The notes below the pieces were generated by a model. The model had not been told where the DNA came from, did not search any database, and saw only the letters and a program-made list of their open reading frames with translations. The translations under genes were made by a program, and so were the position numbers. Positions 1 through 10,037 of a stretch of 64,000 nucleotides of DNA are shown here, one piece after another; the stretch's first letter is position 1; every line of letters starts with the position of its first letter. This DNA comes from Naegleria gruberi (lineage: Eukaryota). The stretch lies in NCBI GenBank assembly GCA_000004985.1, contig GG738896.1. One strand, given 5' to 3'.

Positions 1-849
1 TGACCACTCGTGGATACACGAACAAGATCATCATGTGAATACTACTATTTGAATTATTACTTTTATAAAAACCTTTAGGAGCTTCCGATATCATATTGGG
101 AAGTTGTCATAATTACATCCTATGTTTTTTGATACCCTAACCGGCTCTGTAGGAATCGTCACTTCAATTCCTACATCCTACACTCAACTTTTTAAACCCC
201 TCCGCACTCTTTTGACCAAATTTTCAAGAAAGACTATTTCCATTATCACCAACCCCCTATCAAACCGTAGAGATTTTTTGACCAAATTTTCGACCTCCCT
301 CCCCAATACCGTAATTATGACAAGCTCCCATTAATTATTACATGATCTGTTTTAACATTAGCCGTCCCTTCCTCTTCCCACAAATAATTACTCGTCTTAT
401 TTTCATTCACACTATTGGTCATTAGATTACGAATATTTCTAATGAAGAACATTTTTTTTATAAAGCAAGTTTATTAAGCACATTGTGAAAATGGGCATTA
501 AACTAGATTCAAGGTCGGTGATTGGTTCTATTCATACTAGGGCATATGTTTTGGAACTGGCAAACAATACGGCTGATTTTGTGAGCATATCTTACATTAG
601 AATACAGAATTCTTAATACAGCCAATAAAATAAGGACAATGACATTCCTAAATAAAAACGCAAAGGAGATTCGAGGACCAAGACACTTACAGCAATATCC
701 GCCTTTTACTGCCATCTTCCATTTTGTTGCGTGTAACACTCAATCTCTCAATAGATTGGTCTTACATGTTCTTATTTCCTCAAACACAATTTTCACAACT
801 GATTCCTGTTGATCAATTCATTGCTCATCAGTAATAAAGTTGTGAAAAA

Positions 850-2416
850 ATGCAAAACAGTACAGAACAAGAACTTACCCAAACCAAGATCAAATTCACG
901 CGATGGCTTTCTGAAATGCAATTGGGAAGTGATGTTTTACCAGGCATTGATAGCATGTTCTCCAATTCGATTGGCAATATTTTGAAAAAGTGTAGAGGAA
1001 TTAGATACATGTGTGAAAAGGACATTGAGGATTGTGCGGATCAGTTAAAATTGGCTCTCAAACTTGAAGAAGGAAGACAATTGGAAATTGTTGACGAAAT
1101 TAAAAAGAGAATTCACAAAATTAAGGAATTATTAAGGGATGAAGGAGTAAATTCTGTGGAGATTGTGAAAACAATTGAACAATTAAAGACTATTATTAAT
1201 AATGTTCCGTTAGAAAGTTTGGGAAATTTCCAATTGAATCCAAAGGAAAACTATCAAGAAAAAATTGCAGAACTTTCTTCCAATTTCTTCAAATTGAAAA
1301 GCAATGAAAGTAGTGAATCACAAGTACAAGAAACTGTTTCAGTTCAAGAGATTGTGCCAGAAGAAACTACTCAATTAATTTTAAATACTCCACTCCCATG
1401 TAAACCATTCAGTTTTAAAGAATGTTTGGTGAAGAGAATTGAAAAGGATGCGAATAGCAATCCAATAAGAAAAGGAGTTGGATTTGCCTTCTCGTATAAA
1501 CATAGGCTGTCCATATGTGGTAATGGTAACAAACTCCTCATTTATCATTTAGACACACTGTAAGTTTATCAAATTCCATTATACTAAACTGAACGAAAGT
1601 GAATTTATATGTTATGCACCATTTCCCACTTCCCCAACTGATTTGGAAATCATAAACAACTATGATGGTTTAGGAAATGATGGTTTACTGTTATCCTTTC
1701 CAAGTAAATTAACTAAATTCCAATTAGAACTCTACAATCTCCCTAATTTGGTTAAAATCAAAAAAGTGGTTCCTGACAATGAGGTCAAACCAGTTTGGGG
1801 CTATTCCACCCCCAATGAACACAGTGATATATATGGAGTATGTGTAAAACACGGCACCACACAAAATAACAATAACAATGGAAGAGGACATTTAATTTAC
1901 TTTACAAAAAAAACAGGATTTGAAAAGGGAAAGCATAGTATTGTAATAATTGACTTGAAAGGAAGTGTTATTTGTGAATTTAAACATGGAGCAGCTCATG
2001 GACTTGCTTTGGTTGATGATTGTTTGATTGCAACAGATTCAGATTATAGAATAATTACAGTTTTCCAAAATCAAGGAAATGGTCAATTAGAAAATTATGT
2101 CAATGTGAGCTCAATGAAAAGATCTGTTTCAAGCCCCATATGTTTCGATCCAATAAGCAAGTCTATCTTTATTTCAGATATTTTGAAATCGAATACTGAA
2201 AGTGTTGTCTCTGTATTCAAGTTGGAGAAGGGAAATTTAGTTTTTTCCAAACAATTGAAAACACCCGATGAATCAGGAAGTTATCGTAAAAACGAAAAAG
2301 AGTTTACAATTCACAGATTTTTTGGAATGGATTTTGATTCTAGTAATGGAAGGTTATGGATGTTTGAAACTGCTCATTTCCATAATAATCAGGGAAGTAT
2401 TATCATTTTGAGTTGA
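850..2416 (+). CDS. NHL-repeat / beta-propeller-like protein in two exons, about 850..1559 and 1600..2416, with a 40-nt GTAAGT...AG intron
   Basis: The ORF 850..1563 appears to stop at a TAA that sits inside a gtaagt donor at 1560. Splicing to AG at 1598-1599 restores the frame of ORF 1643..2416, whose track start is really TTG. The C-terminal half carries NHL-like repeats such as GLALVDDCLIATDSDYRIITVFQNQG. It ends at TGA. Confidence 0.6.
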
Positions 2417-2619
2417 TTGTAAAATTGATAAAAATGTCTTCAATGTTTAATTTCTGAAATGTTTAGTATAGAATCTCAATTGAATGTTGTTATTCTAATG
2501 GAAAGATTGGTAATAGAAAGATAACAGCTTTTGAAGAAACACCGATGACATAAAAAGTGTTTCGTATGAGATTCTTCTAAACATTCGAACAGATCAAAAA
2601 AAAAAATTCACACTGGGAA

Positions 2620-3084
2620 ATGCAAACTCCAACAAAGGTCATCCTCTCCCATAGCATTCAACTTTCTGGTGTGAAATGCAGAACAACCAACAAGGACGAA
2701 ATGAATCCTTCCACAGCAAGAATTGGTCAACTTTGGGGTCAATTCTTCCAACAATCTACTCAACCAATTCAATCCAAAATTTACAGTGTCTATACCAACT
2801 ATGAATCAGACCATAATGGAGCATATGATATCTACGTAGCCACTCCATCATCAGAAAGCAATCGAAACTTGACCGAAACTATTCAAATTCCTCAAGAAAA
2901 TGATGAAGAATTTCTCGTCTTTTCAGGCAGTGGAAAGATGCCAGAGACATGCATTAACTTATGGCAGTCCATTTGGCAATATTTTGACAAGCACCACGTA
3001 GAATATTCACGTGCCTTCTCTCTCGATTTTGAAGAGTACGACGACAAGGAAAATGTTAAGATTTACATTGCATTGAAAAAGTAA
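2620..3084 (+). CDS. GyrI-like / AraC effector-binding (Cass2-type) small-molecule-binding protein, 154 aa
   Basis: ATG follows an A10 run (aaaaaaaaaattcacactgggaaATG). The motifs IGQLWGQFF, KIYSVYTNYESD..YDIYVA and EFLVFSGSG...NLWQSIWQYF...LDFEEY..VKIYIALKK match the GyrI-like fold consensus. The terminal aag-TAA could instead be a gtaagc donor. Confidence 0.5.
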   Translation: MQTPTKVILSHSIQLSGVKCRTTNKDEMNPSTARIGQLWGQFFQQSTQPIQSKIYSVYTNYESDHNGAYDIYVATPSSESNRNLTETIQIPQENDEEFLVFSGSGKMPETCINLWQSIWQYFDKHHVEYSRAFSLDFEEYDDKENVKIYIALKK

Positions 3085-3540
3085 GCAAATAATTTATTGA
3101 TGTGTTCGTTTGTTTGCGTTATGATGAGGATATTGGTATATATAATAATAAATAGTAAGCATGTAAATTTATGGCCTTGCTCCGTTAGCCGTTATCTTCA
3201 CACAAACCTCTTGGTAAATGAAATCATTGTGATGATGATGAAAATAAGGACAAATTGATACTTCTTGCATCGGACAGAAGAATATAGAGCACAAAAAAAC
3301 GAACAACAATTCGTTCGAGTTAAAAGGCTTTTCATCATCATCTTTTGTTAACAACAGTACGGTAGTTTTGTGTGTGTGGATATTAGCTCGAACGTCAAGG
3401 AGTGTCATTTTGCAAAGATTAATCTTCTTATCCGTTACATTTATCATCACAGAATCTTTTTTCAAAGCCTATTAATATTCATCATCATATTTAACAAATT
3501 AACAACAATAACTAATATATTTACAACTAATAACAACAAT

Positions 3541-3813
3541 ATGGCCATCGACACAAAATCAGAACTCAGAAAGAGAACACAACAATCCATAAAAACAGAG
3601 GATATTGCCACTACGAGTACTTCTCCCGAACAACTTAAGGATCATCAACATCAACACAATCATCATCAACATCATCATGAAGAGAATATGCATGCTCACG
3701 AACTTTTTCAATCGATGAAGGCTGAATCTAAACGTCTCATATTCGATCCAAAGAATTATCCAAAGGAAAAGGTATTTTGTTCTCAAGCCGATAAACACAA
3801 AATTCCAGTCTAG
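3541..3813 (+). CDS. small His/Gln-rich protein (HQHQHNHHQHHHEEN tract), about 90 aa
   Basis: An ATG at 3541 lies in the frame of ORF 3370..3813. The upstream context is A/T-rich. The TAG stop overlaps a gtaagt-like sequence, so a further exon is possible. Confidence 0.35.
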   Translation: MAIDTKSELRKRTQQSIKTEDIATTSTSPEQLKDHQHQHNHHQHHHEENMHAHELFQSMKAESKRLIFDPKNYPKEKVFCSQADKHKIPV

Positions 3814-4043
3814 TAAGTAAGAGTTTCATCTTCACTTTTTAGATGTTAATAATTTTACTATTATGCATAATACTTGTTGTGAATATTGCATATTTAATTA
3901 TTAATCCATATCACATATATTCATCATTAACAAAATAATTGTGTGGTTGGAATATCATGAAAATCATGATCATATATTACTGTTATCAATATTACTACTT
4001 TTAAATCCTATAATTATTATTATTATTATTTGAATTAATTAGT

Positions 4044-4989
4044 ATGTATGAAAAATACGTTTGGGGAGGATATCGTATGAACCTAAGTTTCAAGGAAGCA
4101 TTCTTATCAATATTCCAGATCAATAATGAAACTGTTAACAATTGGACTGCAATACTGTCGGCTTTGGTATTCTTCTACTTTACTATAGACGTCATCTTCT
4201 TCTGGGAACCAACTTTGATTGGAGAAACAAAGAATGGTTATTCTTCATACTTTAATCATGTTGTGAGTGAAAACTTTTTGGAAAAGTCCATGTTTGTGGT
4301 TTATTGTGTATCATCAATTATAACATTTGGTGCATCTTTATTTTACCATTGGTTCAGTTGCATGTCTGAGAGTGCTTTCCATACCTTGTTGAGAATTGAC
4401 ATTAGTTCCATTGCATTATTGATTGGTGGTAGTTGTAAGTTTCAATAATTCTTATTATGGAATATCTCTAACATTATTTTGTAGACTATCCTCCATTATA
4501 TTATGCATTCTATTGTACACAATCTGTTGGAGTTTTCTACATTTCCACAATTACAATCTTGTGTTTGAGTTGTGTTGCAATGTTCATCATTCCAAGATTT
4601 TCCAGAGAAGATTATAGACAATTTAGAGTTCGAGTTTTTGGATTTACTGCACTTTATGGTTTATGTCCACTAGTTCATATCATTTATCTTTATGGATTTG
4701 ATAATGACGCCCTTAATAATAGACTGTTAGGTATCATGTACATGTATTTGTGCTATGCTGCTGGTGTCTTTTTCTATAGTACCAAATTGCCAGAAAGATT
4801 ATGGCCTGGCAAGTTTGACATTTTCTGTCATAGCCATCAATTTTGGCACATTTTTGTCTTTTCGGTATGTAGTAGTTCTATATTTTTCTTCTTATTAACA
4901 ATTAATAGGCCACATTGCTTCACTTTTACAATTGTGTCTACATGAAGACAGAGTCTGGAGTTTGTTTTGCTCCTCTTCCAAATACTTAA
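4044..4989 (+). CDS. PAQR family receptor (adiponectin/progestin receptor, hemolysin-III-like) in three exons, about 4044..4434, 4485..4864 and 4909..4989
   Basis: The PAQR motifs NNETVNNWTAIL, ESAFHTLLRIDISSIALLIGGS and PERLWPGKFDIFCHSHQFWHIFV are present, followed by HFY in the last exon. Introns are 50 nt (gtaagt...tttgtag) and 44 nt (gtatgt...taatag) and are phase-consistent. The ORF fragments 4044-4448, 4559-4945 and the taa at 4987 join cleanly. Confidence 0.8.
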
Positions 4990-5217
4990 TTTATGTAAAC
5001 TATAAATATTTATTATTCACTTTAATAGAGATTGTTCATCTCCTTTTCGAAATGGTTACGCAATGGACTAACAAGAGAAAAGTTTTTGCATCATTGGTAG
5101 ATTGTTGTGTCAATACACATACAGACGTTGCTATTATATTGACCAAGACACTCCAGTCAATTGTGAATAAGAGAGATACAGAGACAAGCAAAAAAAACAA
5201 ACGCAACACATCATCAC

Positions 5218-6132
5218 ATGACATGGTCAGTTTTCTCTCCAAGAGGGAACAAATCAACAAGTAAGAAGAACACCGAAGAAATGATTGATAGACTAATATC
5301 AACAACACCTCAAGATGACAATAAGCTCACTCTTCCCAGTATTTCGAGAAAGCCAATGAAAATGGATTTTCGAGTAACTGAGAGAATTCAATCAAATGAT
5401 GTCAATTGCCCACCCCTCAGAGGATCACCAACAAGTAGTCGAAAGAAAAATTCTATGCTAAACGATATTCAAAAGAGGGATTTGGATGCAACCATTCATA
5501 GGAGGCAAATGCTCAAGTCAACCAATTCGAAACGTCTCCTCGATACATTCCAGAAAACTAAGAGCAGTAGAGAAGTTCTCAAACAAGATCCCTCATTTCA
5601 GGAAAAGATTTTGGAATACGAAACTATTCAACCCATCGATGAAATTCAAGAAGCCAAACAAAAGATCTTTTCTCAACTGGATGACATAAGGAAGAAATCG
5701 AGAAATAATTCACCAGAAAATTCTCATAATGATCGTACTGGCGGACAGGAAGTTCCAAATCTCAAAATTTCAACAATTATCCCAACAAATTCTATTGGAA
5801 ATGAAACTATTTCCACTCCAAAATCATCTTCCTTAACTGTTGCTCCAGACAACATGACACCAGTGAGTAAGAAAACCAAAAAGAAGAAGCCCAGAAGATT
5901 CGAGTCGATGAGTATTGAGGAATTGACTATTTCTGATACGGACGAAGGTAAAATGTATGCCTCTGATATTGGAAAGGAGAGTTTCAAAGTGATTTGTCAA
6001 GCAAGAAGAACACTCATCAAACAGAATAGTTACTTGCAAGAAATGGATGGATATCAATCAAGTATTAAGGAAAAATTAGAAAGGAACCGAAACTTGCTGA
6101 AACCCTATTCAAATCAGAATCCTTCAGAGTAA
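5218..6132 (+). CDS. hypothetical Ser/Lys-rich protein
   Basis: A 304-codon ORF is present. The likely ATG is at 5281 (atgattgatagac), in frame. The product is low-complexity, basic and Ser-rich. The terminal gag-TAAgat could be a donor. Confidence 0.45.
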   Translation: MTWSVFSPRGNKSTSKKNTEEMIDRLISTTPQDDNKLTLPSISRKPMKMDFRVTERIQSNDVNCPPLRGSPTSSRKKNSMLNDIQKRDLDATIHRRQMLKSTNSKRLLDTFQKTKSSREVLKQDPSFQEKILEYETIQPIDEIQEAKQKIFSQLDDIRKKSRNNSPENSHNDRTGGQEVPNLKISTIIPTNSIGNETISTPKSSSLTVAPDNMTPVSKKTKKKKPRRFESMSIEELTISDTDEGKMYASDIGKESFKVICQARRTLIKQNSYLQEMDGYQSSIKEKLERNRNLLKPYSNQNPSE

Positions 6133-6561
6133 GATTCTATACACTTTATTGTTGTATTCTTCTTCTTCATTGTAAATATTTAAAAGATAATTCAGGATAA
6201 TCATACTTTTCCAGAATATCGACACCATCTGATGTATTATACAAAGTATTGAATGGGAATTCACCGAATCTAAAACTTCCACTAAGAATTTTCAGTCTGA
6301 ACAATAGAACCTAAATATTCCATTTGAAGCTATTTGATTGGATTTTACAATTCCAAACAAACATCAAATGGATTAATCGATTTTCCCGCCTCAATCGGAA
6401 TTATTTACAACTATTAATGGCCATTGAGAGGATTCAATACTACACTTTAAACTTTCAGTTGAGTAAGAACTTGTTGTATTATGAAGAGTGACTTGCTTTC
6501 TCTCTTCACTGACCCAATCTCACTACAACTTCTGACACCAGACAGCTGACATCTACGGCTA

Positions 6562-6569
6562 TAAAAACC
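6562..6569 (+). promoter_or_regulatory. TATA box (TATAAAAA) about 43 nt upstream of the ATG at 6612
   Basis: ggcTATAAAAAcctggcaatgcgcg lies directly upstream of the start of the polycationic protein gene. Confidence 0.4.
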
Positions 6570-6611
6570 TGGCAATGCGCGAATCATATCCAAACATCAA
6601 CAAGAAAAAAA

Positions 6612-8123
6612 ATGAACAAAATCTTCTCACTCTGCTTACTCGCATTGTTCTGTGCAGTTCTTTTCTGCGCTTCCACTTCTGAAGCCTTGAGCGTCATCAA
6701 AACCGTTCAAGCAAAGGCTGTCCCTGCCAATAAACCAAAACAACAAAAAGGAAAGAAATTTGGTAAACTCTTGAAGAAGGGTGCTTCCAAGAAGCAAATT
6801 AAGAAGGCTGCTAAGAAAGCTATCAAGAAATCAAAGAAGGAATTGAAGAAGGCTACCAAGAAGGTTAAGAAGGCTGCTAAGAAGAATCTTGCCAAGTGGA
6901 GAGCTTTGTGGGCTAAGTATAAGAGAATTGCTCAACGTGCTTTGAGAAAGTTTAGAAGAACTCAAAGGTAAGTGTCATGTCATTCGTGTTGACAATTAAC
7001 GAATAATTTTATTTGTTATCCTCTCTCTCGCTTGATGACTAAATTACGGAAAATATTCGAATGTTTATTATCATCATCATTTTGATTAACATACAACAAC
7101 AATTTGTGGACAATTTGTGTGATCATCATGTTGGAATGTCATGACTTTACAATATATTCTAAACGTATGATTAGAAAGTTGAAGAGAGCTCGTAGATCTG
7201 CTTCCAGAAAGACTGTTAGAAAGTTGAAGAAACAAGCCAAGAAGGCCAAGAAGACTGCCAAGAAGGCCCAAAAGAAGGTCAAGAAGGCTTCCAGAAAGGT
7301 TAAGAAGGCTAAGAAGCAAGTCAAGAAGGCTGCTAAGAAAGCTGCTAGAAAGCTCCAAAAGAAGGCTGCTAGAAAACTCAAGTTGAGCAAGACTTCTATC
7401 AAGAAACTCAATGCTACTGTTAAGAAGTTGTTAAAGTTGAAGAAGAAGTTGGGTAAGAAGTTCTCCAGAAAGTCAATTCCTGCCAAGATTAAATTGTTAG
7501 CTGCCAAGTTGAGAATTATTAAGAAGTGTAAGATTTCAAAGAAGTCTGCTGCTAAGAAGGCAAAGAAGGTTGCTGGTAAGAAGACTGCCAAGAAGGCCAA
7601 GAAGCAAGTTAAGAAGGCAAAGAAGGCTGAAAAGAAGGCTAAGAAGCTCGTCAAGCAAGCTAAGAAGGCTGCTAAGAGTGGAAACAAGAAGGCTGCCAAG
7701 AAGATTGCCAAGAAGGCTATTGTCAATGCTAAGAAGTCAATTGAAGTTGCCAAGAAGTCAGTTACTGTTGCTAAGGTTGCTGTTGAAAAGGCCAAGCAAG
7801 TTTTCACTACTATTGTCAACAAGCTTAAGGAATTAGTCAAGAAGGCTCAAATCACCGTTCAAACTGGTAAGACTACTGAAATCAAGAAGATTCAAAAGAA
7901 GGTTGAAGTTGTTAAGAAGACTGTCAAGAAGGCCAAGAAGAATGTCAAGAAGGCTCAAAAGAAGGCTAGAAAGGTTGTTAAGAAGGCTAAGAAGGTCATC
8001 AAGAAGGCCAAGAAGGTTCAAAAGCAAGCCAAGAGAGTTCTCAAGAATAAGGTCACTAAGAAGGGTATCAATAGACTTGTTAACAAGTTGATTAGACTCC
8101 AAAAGTGTTCCAAGAAGAACTAA
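6612..8123 (+). CDS. secreted polycationic Lys/Ala-repeat protein in two exons, about 6612..6967 and 7175..8123, with a 207-nt intron; it could instead be two tandem genes
   Basis: The N-terminus MNKIFSLCLLALFCAVLFCASTSEA is a clear signal peptide. The rest is dominated by KKAAKK, KKVKKA and KKAQKK repeats. ORF 6612-6971 ends at a TAA inside ggtaagt. Both ORFs are in the same frame, and the acceptor ttag at 7173-7174 joins them in phase. Confidence 0.6.
7190..8100 (+). repeat. coding tandem low-complexity repeat, imperfect AAG/GCT-rich units of about 18-24 nt
   Basis: aagaaggctgctaagaag and gccaagaaggccaagaag variants are reiterated. The repeat generates spurious ORFs in all frames on both strands. 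Confidence 0.6.
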
Positions 8124-8394
8124 ATTGATGACTAGTTTTTGTATATAAATCACCTCCATATGCTACAGATGTATATTAATGTGGTATAACCAAATAATAT
8201 TGAGTTATACTTTATCAACTGTGCAATAATTGTGTATAGTTCCAATAATAATAAATCAACCTATTTGTAAATCTTGTTTTGTTTTTCCCGCCAAATTTTT
8301 TATAAAATTATAAAAAAATGCCATTACTTGCATCCCACAACAACATTGTGTTCAATTTGAAAAGCATCGGAAGAGAATGAAAAACATGCTGCTT

Positions 8395-8545
8395 ATCTAT
8401 CGGCAAACGGCAAGTCGTCGTTGGGTGGATTGGAATGAATTCAGTCTCCCTCTAGGCTTCCTGTGATAACAAAATACCCCATGGTCTTGCATTTAGCCGC
8501 AGCGGCCCTCCCGACTCACGTCATGGTCGCCTCCTGAGAGATCAA
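8395..8545. other. GC-rich island of about 150 nt in a convergent 3' intergenic spacer, a candidate small non-coding RNA or 3'-end element
   Basis: The sequence ...ggcaagtcgtcgttgggtggattgg...ccccatggtcttgcatttagccgcagcggccctcccgactcacgtcatggtcgcctcctgag is clearly GC-richer than its flanks. It has no ORF. It does not match tRNA, 5S or U-snRNA consensus by eye. Confidence 0.2.
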
Positions 8546-8678
8546 CATTATCTTTTTATTATGTACTGGATTTTACTGTGGAATGCATGTTTACAAGAGG
8601 GAGAAATTCGAATAAGAGTACCAGTTGCAATTATTTCTTTGAGTTTTTAAACAGTTTCTGATTCTATTCCTTCAGAAA

Positions 8679-10037
8679 CTATTGAACTAACATTGGTTGG
8701 TTGATTGATGGATGAAGGTGTCGATTCATCCCTAAGATCACCATAACAGATGAAATTCTCACAGGATTAGTTGATGAAGATGGAAGAACACTCTCCTTTC
8801 TCTTCATGACATTGGATCCAACAATTTCATCCTTCTTTTCCAAAATAACTTTTGTTGAGTATTTGAGTTCTTGCATAACAAATTGAACTGGATGACTCAA
8901 AACTGGTAATCTGTAAGGCCAGAAAATCAAAATAACACACAATGCAAAGGAAACATCAGGAATAGCCTTAACCAGTGGATAAATCACATAGCTCGGTAAA
9001 TCAATTGCATAAATAGCAACAGCAACCAATCTAACAATAACACCAATACCCAAAATAACTACAGCAACTGTCAATTTAACAATGGTTTGTTTCTGGAGAA
9101 TGTACAATTCACCATCTTCAGGTTGACTCTTTGAAGTGGCTTTAATCATGTGAATGATAATGGCAACACAAGCAATACTCATAGCAAGAACTGCCAACAC
9201 AGCCAATCCACCCAATGGAGCAGCCATTCCATACATTAAATAACGTCTTGTCTTTTCATAATCAATGGTTGGATGAGCCAAAGCCAAAATTGCCATCACT
9301 ACCAATGGTGCCAATCCAACAAATGCTGCAATATTACACAAAATCAAAATAACATAAATTGTAATGGTGATGGCCTTCTTTTTGGTGGTCTGACCCATCC
9401 AAGACATACAGACCTTCAACCAAATCGGCAAAATCAGTGTGTAATTAAACAGGTACCAATAAATTGAAATGTAATCGAAAATTCTTCTCACTTGTTTTGT
9501 TGTTTCAAAATCACTCTCAATTCTCTGCAATTCAAATACGTGTTGAATAATAGTCACAATTTCATGTCCAATTCTCATCAGGTAAAACACCAACAAGGAG
9601 TGTAACAATAAAAAGAAGAAACCTTTCGACTGTGTCTTTTGATTATTCTTCTTTTCATCAACTTTCACAAATCGTTTCAATAACCTCACTGGCCATGTAC
9701 TATCCTGTAAATCTCCCTTCTTTCCACAAAGTCTAGAATTAATAATCAACCAGCCCAATAACCATGATTCTCTCTTGATGTAAACAATCAGAGTTGGAAT
9801 GTAGAGTAGAATAAATGCAAGTAACGAGATGGAATCAATGACTAGATTGGCTGTTGATTCGCCCACTGAAACCCATTTAACTGTTGAATTTGTTGCTGTT
9901 GTTTGAGTTGTTGCAAATAGAGAGATTCCTTCAAAATTATTCGAATCTGGATACATGTTGTTAGTGGATGGGATTGTTGAGGAGAGAATAGAATGAGTTA
10001 GTTGAGCGGTAAAATACAATGCATTTGAAAAGTCCAT
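8679..10037 (-). CDS. multipass membrane protein (at least 7 predicted hydrophobic helices), function unknown
   Basis: The 452-codon ORF shows alternating hydrophobic segments such as LLAFILLYIPTLIVYI, FFFLLLHSLLVFYLM and ITITIYVILILCNIAAFVGLAPLVVMAILALA. Confidence 0.55.
   Translation of the reverse strand: MDFSNALYFTAQLTHSILSSTIPSTNNMYPDSNNFEGISLFATTQTTATNSTVKWVSVGESTANLVIDSISLLAFILLYIPTLIVYIKRESWLLGWLIINSRLCGKKGDLQDSTWPVRLLKRFVKVDEKKNNQKTQSKGFFFLLLHSLLVFYLMRIGHEIVTIIQHVFELQRIESDFETTKQVRRIFDYISIYWYLFNYTLILPIWLKVCMSWMGQTTKKKAITITIYVILILCNIAAFVGLAPLVVMAILALAHPTIDYEKTRRYLMYGMAAPLGGLAVLAVLAMSIACVAIIIHMIKATSKSQPEDGELYILQKQTIVKLTVAVVILGIGVIVRLVAVAIYAIDLPSYVIYPLVKAIPDVSFALCVILIFWPYRLPVLSHPVQFVMQELKYSTKVILEKKDEIVGSNVMKRKESVLPSSSTNPVRISSVMVILGMNRHLHPSINQPMLVQ

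Noticed and set aside
5036-5308. Minus-strand ORF overlapping the start of the Ser/Lys-rich gene, and similar small antisense ORFs (509-739, 828-1025, 3169-3465, 3559-3798, 11027-11398, 11427-11856)
   Set aside because: They are short, overlap better-supported genes or promoter regions, and have no recognisable features.
6612-8123. Calling the Lys/Ala-rich protein a linker histone H1
   Set aside because: It has a cleavable signal peptide. It has no recognisable globular winged-helix (GH1) domain. The composition alone resembles H1 tails.
7086-8159. Long antisense ORFs on the minus strand (7139-7840 at 233 aa, 7086-7358, 7833-8159) and alternative-frame plus-strand ORFs (7570-7836, 7903-8091) inside the polycationic gene
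   Set aside because: They are a by-product of the AAG/GCT tandem repeat, which is open in every frame. Their products are Leu/Phe- or Arg-rich low-complexity runs with no start context.
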